From: Armatimonadota bacterium
Lineage (GTDB): Bacteria; Armatimonadota; Armatimonadia; Armatimonadales; Capsulimonadaceae
Reading direction: 5' to 3'
DNA length: 46,865 nucleotides
Assembly (NCBI GenBank): GCA_031363565.1
Contig: JANLUQ010000365.1
Coordinates: 1 to 46,865, forward strand
The notes below the pieces were generated by a model. That model made no database searches. It was given only the letters and a program-made list of their open reading frames with translations, and was not told the origin of the DNA. Position 1 is the first letter of the stretch, and each line of letters begins with the position of its first letter. Position numbers and translations under genes: made by a program. Below, one piece after another: positions 36,130 to 45,526 of this stretch.

Positions 36130-36354
36130 ATGAGAGTCATTTACTCGGGGGCTTCCCCGAAACCCATAGTCGGCACATCTCGCAACGCGGCACCAGCACA
36201 GGAGGCCGGCTTTGCACCGGCCGCGACGCCGGCGCCGGCCGCTACCGTGGAGATCTCGTCTGCTGCGCGTGGGGCTTACTCCAAAGGGGAGCAGCACGCG
36301 CCCACCCACAAGATACGCCCTCTCAATATCATCTGGGGCAATAGTCCGAAATAG
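36130..36354 (+). CDS. short FlgM-like (anti-sigma-28) candidate, 74 aa
   Basis: ATG 36130 follows CAGGAGG. Disordered Ala/Pro-rich N-terminal half, then TVEISSAARG resembling the FlgM (D)KVELS motif. The C-terminal helices are short or absent. Confidence 0.3.
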   Translation: MRVIYSGASPKPIVGTSRNAAPAQEAGFAPAATPAPAATVEISSAARGAYSKGEQHAPTHKIRPLNIIWGNSPK

Positions 36355-36554
36355 CGTCTGGGTCAGCCTCGCGGTGGCCGATAGCCTCCCGCTCCGGTTT
36401 TGGAGCAGGGGGCTGTTGTTTTGTCTGCGGCCTGACGAAAAAAACTGTGACTTTCTCCAGGGCCTTATGGAACAATCCGCATGTCAAGCCGAGGGCCACT
36501 GCCGATTAGCAGGCGGCGGCCCGCCATTTTCCAGGCATTTCCCAGGAGAACTTC

Positions 36555-36875
36555 ATGAACTTATCCGCATTATCCGCGACCGCACTTCCCTCAGCGACCG
36601 GCATCTCCGATGCGGCGGCCGGCCTGCTCGGGTCGGACGCCAAGACGTCCGATTCCCCCTCCTTCGGCCAGATGCTGCAAAGCGCCTTCGGGCAGGTCAG
36701 CGCCCTCCAGGACCATTCGGCGCAGATGACCCAGGCGTTCGCGCGGGGCCAGGTCAGCGATGTCCACAGCGTCATGATCGCCTCGGAGCAGGCGACGATG
36801 GCCTTGCAGCTGACAACCCAGGTCCGCAACAAAGCGATAGACGCCTACCAGGAGATCATGCGGATCAGCATCTAG
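36555..36875 (+). CDS. fliE: flagellar hook-basal body complex protein FliE
   Basis: SFGQMLQSAFGQVSALQ...DVHSVMIASEQATMALQLTTQVRNKAIDAYQEIMRI. Confidence 0.9.
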   Translation: MNLSALSATALPSATGISDAAAGLLGSDAKTSDSPSFGQMLQSAFGQVSALQDHSAQMTQAFARGQVSDVHSVMIASEQATMALQLTTQVRNKAIDAYQEIMRISI

Positions 36876-36952
36876 GGTGCGGCGGGATTACGGCTCTGAC
36901 GGGCCGCTTTAGACAAGCCCTTTTAGGGGTCGGGACAGGGGAGCACTAAGCG

Positions 36953-38674
36953 TTGGCAATCGCAACGAGTTGGGGAGAATCACTGCGCGTCTGGTGGCAG
37001 GGCGCGACACCAGCGACGCGGGCCATGGCGACGGGCCTGGTCCTGCTGATGGTCGTCGGCCTGGCCGTCGCCGCCTCGCTGGCCGCCAGCCCGGACTACC
37101 ACGCGATCTATCACGGCGTCAGCGGCAAGGACGCCTCAGCGATCGAGGCCGTTCTGCGCGAGAAGTCCATCGCCATGCACTTCGACGACAAGGATGGGAC
37201 GATCAGCGTCCCCGCCAAGGACGAGAGCAATGCTTTTATGTATATCGAGGCGGCGGGCATCCTCTCCAAAGACACGGTCGTGGACGGCCTGGGCGATATT
37301 GATAAGATCACCATCGGCACCACGCCCGAGGTCGAGCGCCAAAGGATGCTGAACGAGGCGCAGGGGGAGCTGTCCCGCAAGCTGATGCGCCTCGACCCCG
37401 TCCAGACCGCCGCCGTCTCGCTCGCGCTGCCCAGTGAGTCGTCCTTCGTCGGCGAGGAAACGCCGCCGTCGGCCAGCGTCATCCTGACGCTCAAGCAGGG
37501 CGAGAGCCTGAGCGGGCTTCAGGTCAAGGGCATCGTCAACCTCATTGCCCATGCCGTTCCCAGCCTGACCACGCAGAACGTGGCCCTGACCGACCAGACC
37601 GGCGTCCCACTGTGGAAAGACAACGGCGCGGGCGGGGTCGGCACGGACGGCACCTTGATGGCCGAGAACGACAAGTTCAGCGAGGACAAGCGGAAAGTCG
37701 TCCAGGGCCTACTCGATCAGACGGTCGGGCGCGGCAAGGCCGTCGTCACCGTCAATGCCGAACTCAGCCAGGATGTCGTCACGCGGCGCTCGGTCCAGCA
37801 TACGCCCTCACCCGGCCTGCGGACGGGCCTGCCGGTCAGCATCCGCGACAAGCAGGAGACCTACAGCGGGGCAGGCGGGCCGGGGGCGGTGGGCGGCATC
37901 GCCGGAGCGGGTGGCAACCTGAATGTTCCTTCCTACCAGACCGGCGGCGGTGCGGCAGGCGGCGGCAAGTATTCGACGGGCGACACCGTCACCAATTATG
38001 AGAACGATGTCACCGAGACCAAGACCGAGGTCGCGCCGGGCGACCTCAAGAAGCTATCCGTCGCCGCACTCGTGGATACCAGCGTCCCTGCTGAGACGGT
38101 TGCCACGCTGAAAGAATCCATCGCCTTCGCCGTGGGCGCGCTCCCCGGCGACAACACCCGCATCGTCTCAGTCCGTCAGGTCGCCTTCGACATGAGTTCG
38201 CAGAAGGCGCAGGCCGGGCAGGCGCAGACATTGGCCTCGCAGGCACTCATGATCACCATTGCCCGTACCCTCGCCGTCTGCGCCGTCGCCATCGTCCTCC
38301 TGATCCTCCTGACGCGCTCATCCGGCCGCCGAGCCGCTTCCCCACAGCTTGCGCTGGCCGGTGGCGGGGCTAACATCGGCCTCCTGGACCCGATGCCGGA
38401 CGCCGAAATGGCCGCCATTCTGGATTCGGGCGGCGTGCGCGGCATGGAGCGTGGGATGGAGCATGTGCTGGAAGAGCGCCCGCTGACCGTCGAGGACGTG
38501 CTGGCCGAGATGCCGGACCCCGAAGGCCGCCCGCGCCGCCGGGCGCGCGCCCCCTCCATCGAGGAGCAGCAGGACCTCAAGATGGAAAGCATCCGCACCA
38601 TGATCAATGCCCACCCCGAAAGCGTTTCCCTGCTGCTCAAGGGCTGGATGGCCGACGATGTGAAAGTCTCTTAA
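36953..38674 (+). CDS. fliF: flagellar M-ring protein FliF
   Basis: 573 aa with N- and C-terminal TM helices and the YscJ/FliF ring domain pattern. TTG start after GGGGAG. Confidence 0.9.
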   Translation: MAIATSWGESLRVWWQGATPATRAMATGLVLLMVVGLAVAASLAASPDYHAIYHGVSGKDASAIEAVLREKSIAMHFDDKDGTISVPAKDESNAFMYIEAAGILSKDTVVDGLGDIDKITIGTTPEVERQRMLNEAQGELSRKLMRLDPVQTAAVSLALPSESSFVGEETPPSASVILTLKQGESLSGLQVKGIVNLIAHAVPSLTTQNVALTDQTGVPLWKDNGAGGVGTDGTLMAENDKFSEDKRKVVQGLLDQTVGRGKAVVTVNAELSQDVVTRRSVQHTPSPGLRTGLPVSIRDKQETYSGAGGPGAVGGIAGAGGNLNVPSYQTGGGAAGGGKYSTGDTVTNYENDVTETKTEVAPGDLKKLSVAALVDTSVPAETVATLKESIAFAVGALPGDNTRIVSVRQVAFDMSSQKAQAGQAQTLASQALMITIARTLAVCAVAIVLLILLTRSSGRRAASPQLALAGGGANIGLLDPMPDAEMAAILDSGGVRGMERGMEHVLEERPLTVEDVLAEMPDPEGRPRRRARAPSIEEQQDLKMESIRTMINAHPESVSLLLKGWMADDVKVS

Positions 38675-38698
38675 CACGGGGCGTATAGTGAGACAGGA

Positions 38699-38744
38699 CA
38701 TACGATTAGCATACGATTAGCGTACGATTAGCATACGATTAGGG
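38699..38744. repeat. 4 x 11-bp tandem repeat (TACGATTAG core) in the fliF-fliG spacer
   Basis: TACGATTAG occurs at 38701, 38712, 38723 and 38734. An 8-bp-stem hairpin follows at 38746-38766 (GGGCGAAC/GTTCGCCC). Confidence 0.85.
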
Positions 38745-38808
38745 AGGGCGAACACCAGGTTCGCCCACATTGATCCGCATTCCTCCTTACCGAAGAAGAG
38801 TTATCACC

Positions 38809-39822
38809 ATGGCAATACGCCCACAGCCACTCACCAACCGCAAGAAGGCCGCCATCCTGCTGGTCGCGCTCGGCCCCGAGACCGCCAGCCAGATCTTCCA
38901 GCACATGACGCAGGACGAGATCGAGAGCCTCAGCGTCGAGGTCGCCCGCATGGGGCGCGTCAACTCGAATCTGCGCGAGACCGTCGTCGAGGAGTTCCAC
39001 GAGCTGTGCGTCGCGCAGGAGTTCATCGCCGAGGGCGGCATGGACGCCGCTCGTGAGATGCTGATGAGCGCCTTCGGCGAGGAGAAAGCCAACTTGATCG
39101 TGGGCCGCGTCATGCAGGCCCTTCAGGTAATGCCGTTCGACTTCCTGAAGAAAGCCGATGCCTCCCAGATCACCACGTTCATCCAGAACGAGCATCCGCA
39201 GACCATCGCCCTGATCATCGCCTACTTGCAGCCTTCTCAGGCCGCCGCCATCCTCTCCGGGCTGCCGCAGGACCTGCGCGCCGAGGTTGCCCGCCGACTC
39301 GCGACACTCGATAAGACCCCGCCGGAAGTCATTCGCGAGGTCGAGAGCGTGCTCCAAAGAAAACTTTCCTCCGTCGTCTCCACGGACTTCAGCCATGCGG
39401 GCGGCGTCAAGGCCCTGGTCGAAGTGCTGAACTATGTGGACCGCTCGACCGAGAAGACGATCTTGGAATCGCTGTCCGAAAACAACCCGGAGATCGCCGA
39501 CGAGGTCAAGAAGAACATGTTCGTCTTCGAGGACATCATCATGCTCGACGATCGCGCGATCCAGATGGTGCTGAAGGAAGTGGATACGAAGGAGCTGGCC
39601 GTGGCGCTCAAGGGCGTCGGCGAGAACACGCAGGCACGCATCTTCAAGAACATGTCCGAGCGCGCGGCGGCCATGATGAAGGAGGAAATGGAGTTCATGG
39701 GACCGGTGCGCCTCAAGTCGGTCGAGGAAAGCCAGCAGCGCATCGTGGGCGTCATCCGCAAGCTCGAAGAAGCCGGCGAGATCATCGTCGCACGCGGCGG
39801 CGGCGAGGAGATGATCGCCTAG
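38809..39822 (+). CDS. fliG: flagellar motor switch protein FliG
   Basis: KKAAILLVALGPETASQIFQHM, MFVFEDI and a C-terminal torque-helix region. ATG 38809. Confidence 0.95.
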   Translation: MAIRPQPLTNRKKAAILLVALGPETASQIFQHMTQDEIESLSVEVARMGRVNSNLRETVVEEFHELCVAQEFIAEGGMDAAREMLMSAFGEEKANLIVGRVMQALQVMPFDFLKKADASQITTFIQNEHPQTIALIIAYLQPSQAAAILSGLPQDLRAEVARRLATLDKTPPEVIREVESVLQRKLSSVVSTDFSHAGGVKALVEVLNYVDRSTEKTILESLSENNPEIADEVKKNMFVFEDIIMLDDRAIQMVLKEVDTKELAVALKGVGENTQARIFKNMSERAAAMMKEEMEFMGPVRLKSVEESQQRIVGVIRKLEEAGEIIVARGGGEEMIA

Positions 39823-39823
39823 C

Positions 39824-40552
39824 ATGACCGCTCTGACCCCCTGGCTTCAAATGTTGGAACCGCTGACCGAACCGCCGCCCCTCCGGCTGACACCGATCGG
39901 TGGAGCTGTCCCTGCTCCGGTCGCGCCGGACCTGGACGCGCTCCGGGCCGAGGCGGAAGCGGTTCTCGCCCAAGCCCGCACTGAGGCCAATGAGCTGCTG
40001 GAAGACGCCCAGATTCAGGCCGAAGCGCTGCGCGAGGCGGCCTGGCAGGAGGGCCATTATCAGGGCCGGACGGAGGCGCGGGCGGCTGTGGAAGCCGAGA
40101 TGCGGGCAGACTGGGAGGCGCGTGGGGCGACGCTCAAGGCTGGGATAGACGCGATGGTGACACAGATCGCCGTCGCCCGCGAAGCGCTCTGGGCACGCCA
40201 GGAGCCGGAAATGGTCATGCTGGCCCTAGACATCGCCCGTCAGGTGATCAAGACCGAGGTGACGCAGAACCCCGAGGTCGTCCGTGCCCTCATCACCAAT
40301 GCCGTCCGGCGCATCACGGACAAGGACAACGTCCGCGTCCGCGTCTCCGTCGCCGACGCCCCGCGCGTCAAGGAGATGCGTCAGGATCTGCTCGAACTGG
40401 TAGATGGCCTACGTCACCTGGAGATCGTGGACGACCGCCGGATCGGCGAGGGCGGCTGCGTGATCGAGACGAATGCGGGCACGATTGACGCCAAGATTGA
40501 GACGCAGTTGTCAGAAGTGGCACGGGCGCTGGGAGTGGCTGAGAATGGATGA
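39824..40552 (+). CDS. fliH: flagellar assembly protein FliH
   Basis: Coiled-coil region rich in A, E and R, plus the FliH C-terminal domain (VRVSVADAP...[20 protein letters not shown]). Confidence 0.8.
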   Translation: MTALTPWLQMLEPLTEPPPLRLTPIGGAVPAPVAPDLDALRAEAEAVLAQARTEANELLEDAQIQAEALREAAWQEGHYQGRTEARAAVEAEMRADWEARGATLKAGIDAMVTQIAVAREALWARQEPEMVMLALDIARQVIKTEVTQNPEVVRALITNAVRRITDKDNVRVRVSVADAPRVKEMRQDLLELVDGLRHLEIVDDRRIGEGGCVIETNAGTIDAKIETQLSEVARALGVAENG

Positions 40553-41897
40553 GACAATGGTCCCCCCCACCCCCATTGACCTTGCCAAGTACCGCGCCAT
40601 CGTCAGCCGGCTGGATACGGTCCGGGCCAACGGGATGGTCACGCAGGTCATCGGCCTGGTCGTCGAGAGCATCGGACCCGCCGCCCAGATCGGCGAACTG
40701 TGCGAGATCCGGCACGGCGGGCGCAGCGCGCCGACCGTCAAAGCCGAGGTGGTCGGGTTCAAGGCTAACCACCTGCTGCTGATGCCGCTGGGCGAGATGG
40801 CCGGCATCAAGCCTGGCTCCGAGGTGGTCGCGACCGGCAACATGCAGCAGGTCACGGTGGGCGACTTCCTGCTAGGGCGCGTCCTGGACGGCCTGGGCCA
40901 GCCCGCCGACGGCAAAGGCGCGCTGTACGGACCGGGGGCGAAGCAGTACCCGATCTTCGCCGCGCCACCGGACGCCATGACGCGGCGGCGCATTTCGGAG
41001 CCGGTGGGGCTGGGCATCCGGGCGATTGATGGCCTGCTGACGATGGGCAAGGGCCAGCGCATGGGCATCTTCGCCGGGTCGGGTGTCGGCAAGAGCACAG
41101 TCCTGGGCATGATCGCCCGCAACACGACGGCGGATGTGAACGTCATCTGCCTGGTCGGCGAGCGCGGGCGCGAGGTCCGCGAGTTCATCGAGAGCGATCT
41201 GGGCGAAGAAGGCCTGCGCCGCTCTGTCCTGGTGATCGCGACGGGGGATAAGCCACCGCTCGTCCGCCTGAAAGCACCACTCGTCGCCACAGCCATCGCC
41301 GAGTATTTCCGGGACCAGGGCCGGGACGTCCTCCTAATGATGGACTCGGTGACGCGGCTGGCGATGGCCCAGCGCGAGGTTGGGCTGGCCGTCGGCGAGC
41401 CGCCCGCGACGCGCGGCTACCCCCCCAGCGTCTTCGCCCTGCTCCCCAAGATTCTGGAGCGGTCGGGGACCAGCGACAAGGGGACGATCACCGCCCTGTA
41501 TACGGTCCTGGTGGAAGGTGACGACGAGAACGAGCCGATTGCGGACACGGTCCGTGGCATCCTGGATGGTCACATCTGGCTCTCACGGGACCTTGCTGCG
41601 CGGGGCCACTACCCCGCCATCGAGGTGGGCCGCAGCGTGTCCCGCGTCATGTCTCAGGTCACCTCGCCAAGCCAGCGGGCTTCTGCCGCGCGCCTGCGCG
41701 AGACACTGGCGACATTCAAGGAAGCTGAGGACTTGATCAATATCGGCGCATATGCCGAAGGCAGCAACCCGCGCATTGATGCCGCCCGCCGGCTGATCGA
41801 GCCGGCCCGGGCCTTTCTGCGGCAGGGGGTCCACGAACAGTCCACCATGGGCACGACCGTCGAGGCATTAGAAGGAATTTTCGCTGATGAAGTTTAG
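40545..41897 (+). CDS. fliI: flagellum-specific ATPase FliI
   Basis: Walker A GSGVGKST, Walker [10 protein letters not shown] and F1/T3SS-ATPase architecture. ATG 40545 overlaps the fliH end. Confidence 0.95.
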   Translation: MDETMVPPTPIDLAKYRAIVSRLDTVRANGMVTQVIGLVVESIGPAAQIGELCEIRHGGRSAPTVKAEVVGFKANHLLLMPLGEMAGIKPGSEVVATGNMQQVTVGDFLLGRVLDGLGQPADGKGALYGPGAKQYPIFAAPPDAMTRRRISEPVGLGIRAIDGLLTMGKGQRMGIFAGSGVGKSTVLGMIARNTTADVNVICLVGERGREVREFIESDLGEEGLRRSVLVIATGDKPPLVRLKAPLVATAIAEYFRDQGRDVLLMMDSVTRLAMAQREVGLAVGEPPATRGYPPSVFALLPKILERSGTSDKGTITALYTVLVEGDDENEPIADTVRGILDGHIWLSRDLAARGHYPAIEVGRSVSRVMSQVTSPSQRASAARLRETLATFKEAEDLINIGAYAEGSNPRIDAARRLIEPARAFLRQGVHEQSTMGTTVEALEGIFADEV

Positions 41898-42348
41898 GTT
41901 CCGTTTACAATCGGTGCTGGAACAGCGCGAGCGCCGCGAGACGCTGGCGCAGCAGACCTTCGCCGAATCCCAGGCCGCCTTGGCACGCGCCAGCGTTCTT
42001 TTGGGCGAGATGCGCGAGGTGCGCGGGGCTTTACTGGAGGAACTCTGCCGCCGCCGGGCGGGGGCGTTCGACGCCTTCGAGACGAGGCTTTATCAGGACT
42101 ATATGCAGATCATCACGCAGTCTATCGCCGAGCAGGAAGCCTACCTGCGGGACCTGACGACCTCGTGCGAAGCGAATAAGCTGCACCTGGTCGGCACGTC
42201 GCAGGACCGGCAGGCCTTGGTGAGCGTCCGGGACCGGCATCAGCAGGCCCACAGGCTGACGGCCCTGCGGGCCGAGCAGGGAGTGATGGACGAGCTGGCG
42301 ACGACGCGCTTCAACTTTCAGCGGCGCGCACAGCAAGAAGGAAGTTAG
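41887..42348 (+). CDS. fliJ: flagellar export chaperone FliJ
   Basis: [18 protein letters not shown] start, coiled-coil composition and position after fliI. Confidence 0.8.
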   Translation: MKFRFRLQSVLEQRERRETLAQQTFAESQAALARASVLLGEMREVRGALLEELCRRRAGAFDAFETRLYQDYMQIITQSIAEQEAYLRDLTTSCEANKLHLVGTSQDRQALVSVRDRHQQAHRLTALRAEQGVMDELATTRFNFQRRAQQEGS

Positions 42349-42356
42349 GAAGAACC

Positions 42357-43031
42357 ATGCTGGATGAGATCAGCCGCATCAGCGCCCGGATCAGCGACAT
42401 CGAAGGCCGCATCGCCGCCCTCAGCGGCCCGGCGGCCGCCTCTACCCTTACGCCGACCGCCCCGGACGCGCCGGCATTTGCAAAGGCGCTGACGGCGGCG
42501 CAGGCGCCCGTAACCCCGTCGTCGGGCGCCGGGTCAACCCTCCTGCCAGGCGGGTCATCCGTCCCCGCCCCGCCCGCTTCCCTCGGCCCGCTGCCGCCCT
42601 TCCCAGTCGCACCGGGTGCGGCCAGCGTCATTCCCCTGCCACACATGGCCGCTGCGGGTGTGGACGGCATCATCCAGAAGTATGCGGCCCGGAACGGGCT
42701 GGCGCCTGCCCTGGTCCGCGCCGTCATCAAGACCGAGTCGGACGGCAATCCGCGCTGCGTTTCGCGGGCGGGCGCGATGGGGCTAATGCAGCTCATGCCC
42801 GCAAACGTCAAAGAGGCCGGCATCGCCGACCCCTTCGACCCGGAACAGAACATCGCGGCGGGCACCAAGCAGCTTGCGGGCCTGATGGCGCAGTATCACG
42901 GCGATCTCGACCTGGCTTTGGCGGGCTACAACGCCGGGCCGGGCAACGTCCACAAGTACGGCGGCGTGCCGCCGTTCACCGAAACGCAGAACTACATCCG
43001 CCGCGTCCGTGCCGCCATGGAGAGGGGCTAA
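42357..43031 (+). CDS. SLT-domain lytic transglycosylase (flagellar rod-insertion muramidase candidate)
   Basis: KTESDGNPRCVSRAGAMGLMQLMP and AGYNAGPGNV. Located in the flagellar operon. Confidence 0.8.
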   Translation: MLDEISRISARISDIEGRIAALSGPAAASTLTPTAPDAPAFAKALTAAQAPVTPSSGAGSTLLPGGSSVPAPPASLGPLPPFPVAPGAASVIPLPHMAAAGVDGIIQKYAARNGLAPALVRAVIKTESDGNPRCVSRAGAMGLMQLMPANVKEAGIADPFDPEQNIAAGTKQLAGLMAQYHGDLDLALAGYNAGPGNVHKYGGVPPFTETQNYIRRVRAAMERG

Positions 43032-43037
43032 TCCCCA

Positions 43038-43619
43038 GTGAAAGCCGTCATCGGGATATTCAGCGTTTTGGCCCTGCTCGGTATTGTCTACGGTCTGGCC
43101 TTCCTGGGCATCATCCCGGTCCAGAAGATGGCCGGCAAATCCCCTGCCCTGGCCTCCGCACTGGCTACGCTCCATCTCGCCAAGGGTAAGAAGGCCGCGC
43201 CCAGCACACCGCCCATCCCGGCCCCCGACCCTGAGCGTCAAGCACTCGACGCTCAGAAGAAGAAGCTAGCCGCCGATCAGGCGCAACTGGAAAAGGACCG
43301 CGCGGCTTTGGAGGCACAGAAGCGGCAAGCGCCCACGTCCCCCGACGGCAGCGCCCCGACCCCATCCTCCGACAATGTCGCCAAACTCGGCGCGATCTAT
43401 GCCACCATGTCCGCCGACGACCTCGCCCGCATCTTCGGCAAGCTGCCCGACCCGGATGTGATCGCGTCCCTGGCACAGCTTGATGAGAAGAAGGCCGGCC
43501 AAGTCCTCGCCGCCCTCCCGGTTGACCGCGCCGCCCGGCTCACGCAAAAGATGTCCCGCGTCACTGTGGCGAGCGCCCCGCCCAGCGCTCCCGCACCCTC
43601 TCCTCGGACAAGCCTGTGA
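43038..43619 (+). CDS. YlxF/MotE/FlbB-like flagellar protein with an MgtE-N-type domain
   Basis: N-terminal TM helix, a coiled coil, then IYATMSADDLARIFGKLPDPDVIASLAQLDEKKAGQVLAALP. Confidence 0.6.
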   Translation: MKAVIGIFSVLALLGIVYGLAFLGIIPVQKMAGKSPALASALATLHLAKGKKAAPSTPPIPAPDPERQALDAQKKKLAADQAQLEKDRAALEAQKRQAPTSPDGSAPTPSSDNVAKLGAIYATMSADDLARIFGKLPDPDVIASLAQLDEKKAGQVLAALPVDRAARLTQKMSRVTVASAPPSAPAPSPRTSL

Positions 43620-43746
43620 TCATCAGCACCTTGTCGCGGCTCTTATGGCCATGGCTGACCATGACCTGCGACGGGCGTAGGCCCAGCAAATCGGCAGCAT
43701 AGGCACAGCAGGCAGCATTGGCCGCACCCTTAACAGGCGGCGTCCA
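43561..43746 (-). pseudogene. 5'-truncated DUF167 (YggU-like) remnant
   Basis: PPVKGAANAACCAYAADLLGLRPSQVMVSHGHKSRDKVLMITGLSEERV matches the C-terminal half pattern of DUF167 (APP.GKAN...G..SR.K...I.G). There is no start, and an upstream in-frame stop. It overlaps the 3' end of the preceding + strand gene. Confidence 0.45.
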
Positions 43747-43755
43747 AAAGCTCTT

Positions 43756-45336
43756 TCATCCGGCCAGCGCCAGCAGCAGCATTAGGGTCGCGAAGGTGTT
43801 CTGGAAGCAGTGCGCGAGGATGGAGGGGGCCAGCGACTTGCGCGTCTCAGCCATCCAGGCGAAGACGCCGCCGAGGGTGGCGAGCGGCAGCATGGCGGCG
43901 ATGCCGACCGGGTGGACGAAGCCGAAGATCAGCCCGGTCAGGATGATGGCGGGCCAGACGCCGACCCGCAGCTTGGCGGCGTTGTAGAAGACGCCTCGGA
44001 ACAAGAACTCCTCGGTCAACGGCGCGGCCACGGTCGCAAGCCCGACGAGCATCGCCTGCACCCAGAACGAGCTCGCACCGGCCAGCAGCGGCAGGGCTGG
44101 ATTGGACGGGGCCGAGAGATGCAGGCGCGCCCCGGCGAACCCCCCGATGCCCTGCGCCAGCAGCAGCAGCGGCAGCGCGATCGCATAGCCTCCCACCCCA
44201 TACAGCAGGTTTTTCCCCAGACGGTGCGTGTTCCAGCCTAGCTCCTCGCCGATGGAAGCGCGCTTGCGCCGGGCGATCCCGATCAGCACAGCGATGGGAA
44301 CAGCCGCCCCGACCAGGTAGGCACAGAACTCCAGCACCACCAGGACGGCGGCATGACTGCCGGCGGGGAGGGACAGGAGGCGTGGCCGGAGCGAGCCGAG
44401 GAGGCCGGAATAGAAGAGCAGGTGCGGGACATGGAAGCCACCCAAGAGCCAGCCAATCAGGTCCGGCATCAGCAGATACAGGACGAACACGCCCATCAAG
44501 TCCCCTGCCCGCAGACGGCGCTCGGCGAGGGGCGTCAGCTCAGGCATCGTCGGCCACGGGTCAGGAAGGGACGCAGCTTCCTTCGGCTGGAGCCGCTGGA
44601 TGGTGAGGTAGAGCATCAGGCCCAGCCCCCCTAACCCTAGTATCCCCCCAATCAGACCCAGAGCGAGCAGCGGCGCGAGTGTCGTCAGCGCCTGCGTTCT
44701 GGCCCGCCCGTCGTAATAAGCCGCCCGCACCGGGTTTCCCTGCGACCTGTATAGAACGGCCTGGGCAGGCGCGCGCCACCAGCGGATGTTGGGCAGCGAC
44801 CGAAGCTGCGCCGCCTGGGCGTCGGTCTGGGCCGGCGTCAGGTGCGGCCCACGCGCCACCTCGCCCCACAGCCGGCCTTCCGCCGCATAGCGCCGTCCGT
44901 CCGAGGGCGAGAGGCCGACCAGCGCAGGGGGTGCGAAGGCATCCTTTGGGTCCAGCCCGTTCCGACCCGGCCCAAACAGCGGCCTGCCAAGGAGGGCACG
45001 CAGGATAAGGACGCGCCGGGCCGTTCCCGGCGAGTTCTGTCCACCCTTTTGCAAAGTCTCCGCCAATGCCAGCGCCTCCCGCAAGCCTTTAGGATCGGGC
45101 GCATCATCCCCTGGCCTCGCGAGCGAGGCGACATATGCCTGCTTGGCCGCCACGTTCGTGGACAGCATGGCGTTCATCGTCTTCTCGTCCACTTGGCCTG
45201 CGAGCTGCTGCGACAGCCGCGCGCTGTGCCGCATCGGCAGAAGATCGGCAACGCGCAGCGCGAGGAAGACGACGAGGAGGACGATTACCCAGAGCGGCAG
45301 GCGGTCTTTCCGATTTGCAGTCTGCGGAACGCTCAT
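43756..45336 (-). CDS. CPBP-family intramembrane glutamic endopeptidase with a long N-terminal extracytoplasmic domain
   Basis: C-terminal motifs EEFLFRG, FGFVH and ILAH. Confidence 0.8.
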   Translation of the reverse strand: MSVPQTANRKDRLPLWVIVLLVVFLALRVADLLPMRHSARLSQQLAGQVDEKTMNAMLSTNVAAKQAYVASLARPGDDAPDPKGLREALALAETLQKGGQNSPGTARRVLILRALLGRPLFGPGRNGLDPKDAFAPPALVGLSPSDGRRYAAEGRLWGEVARGPHLTPAQTDAQAAQLRSLPNIRWWRAPAQAVLYRSQGNPVRAAYYDGRARTQALTTLAPLLALGLIGGILGLGGLGLMLYLTIQRLQPKEAASLPDPWPTMPELTPLAERRLRAGDLMGVFVLYLLMPDLIGWLLGGFHVPHLLFYSGLLGSLRPRLLSLPAGSHAAVLVVLEFCAYLVGAAVPIAVLIGIARRKRASIGEELGWNTHRLGKNLLYGVGGYAIALPLLLLAQGIGGFAGARLHLSAPSNPALPLLAGASSFWVQAMLVGLATVAAPLTEEFLFRGVFYNAAKLRVGVWPAIILTGLIFGFVHPVGIAAMLPLATLGGVFAWMAETRKSLAPSILAHCFQNTFATLMLLLALAG

Positions 45337-45496
45337 CGGCCCGACTTCCCGTGTGGCAGGTGAACAGAAGTCAGGAGCGCGGCGCGGCGCAGAAAAGTCT
45401 GTTTCATTAGTTCATAGTGTGTGAATAGCATCTCGTAGTGCCTTCATTGTAGCACCTACGGGGAGGGGTGTCAACCGCCCCAGTAAACATGCCGTG

Positions 45497-45526
45497 TTGA
45501 CGCGGTGGCGAAGATTATGATATGAT
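45497..45526 (+). promoter_or_regulatory. sigma-70-like promoter with a leader of about 150 nt
   Basis: TTGACG (45497-45502), 18 nt, TATGAT (45521-45526), in an AT-rich intergenic region. Confidence 0.4.

Noticed and set aside
36212-36949. 245-aa plus-strand ORF spanning the FlgM-like ORF tail and all of fliE in another frame
   Set aside because: The fliE frame has a clear family signature and an RBS. This frame is Arg/Pro-rich read-through with no support.
38699-38744. Possible CRISPR array
   Set aside because: The repeats are only 11 bp, directly abutting with no spacers. This is a simple tandem repeat.
38728-39825. 365-aa minus-strand ORF opposite fliG
   Set aside because: The plus-strand frame encodes an unmistakable FliG. 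The antisense frame is a high-GC shadow ORF.
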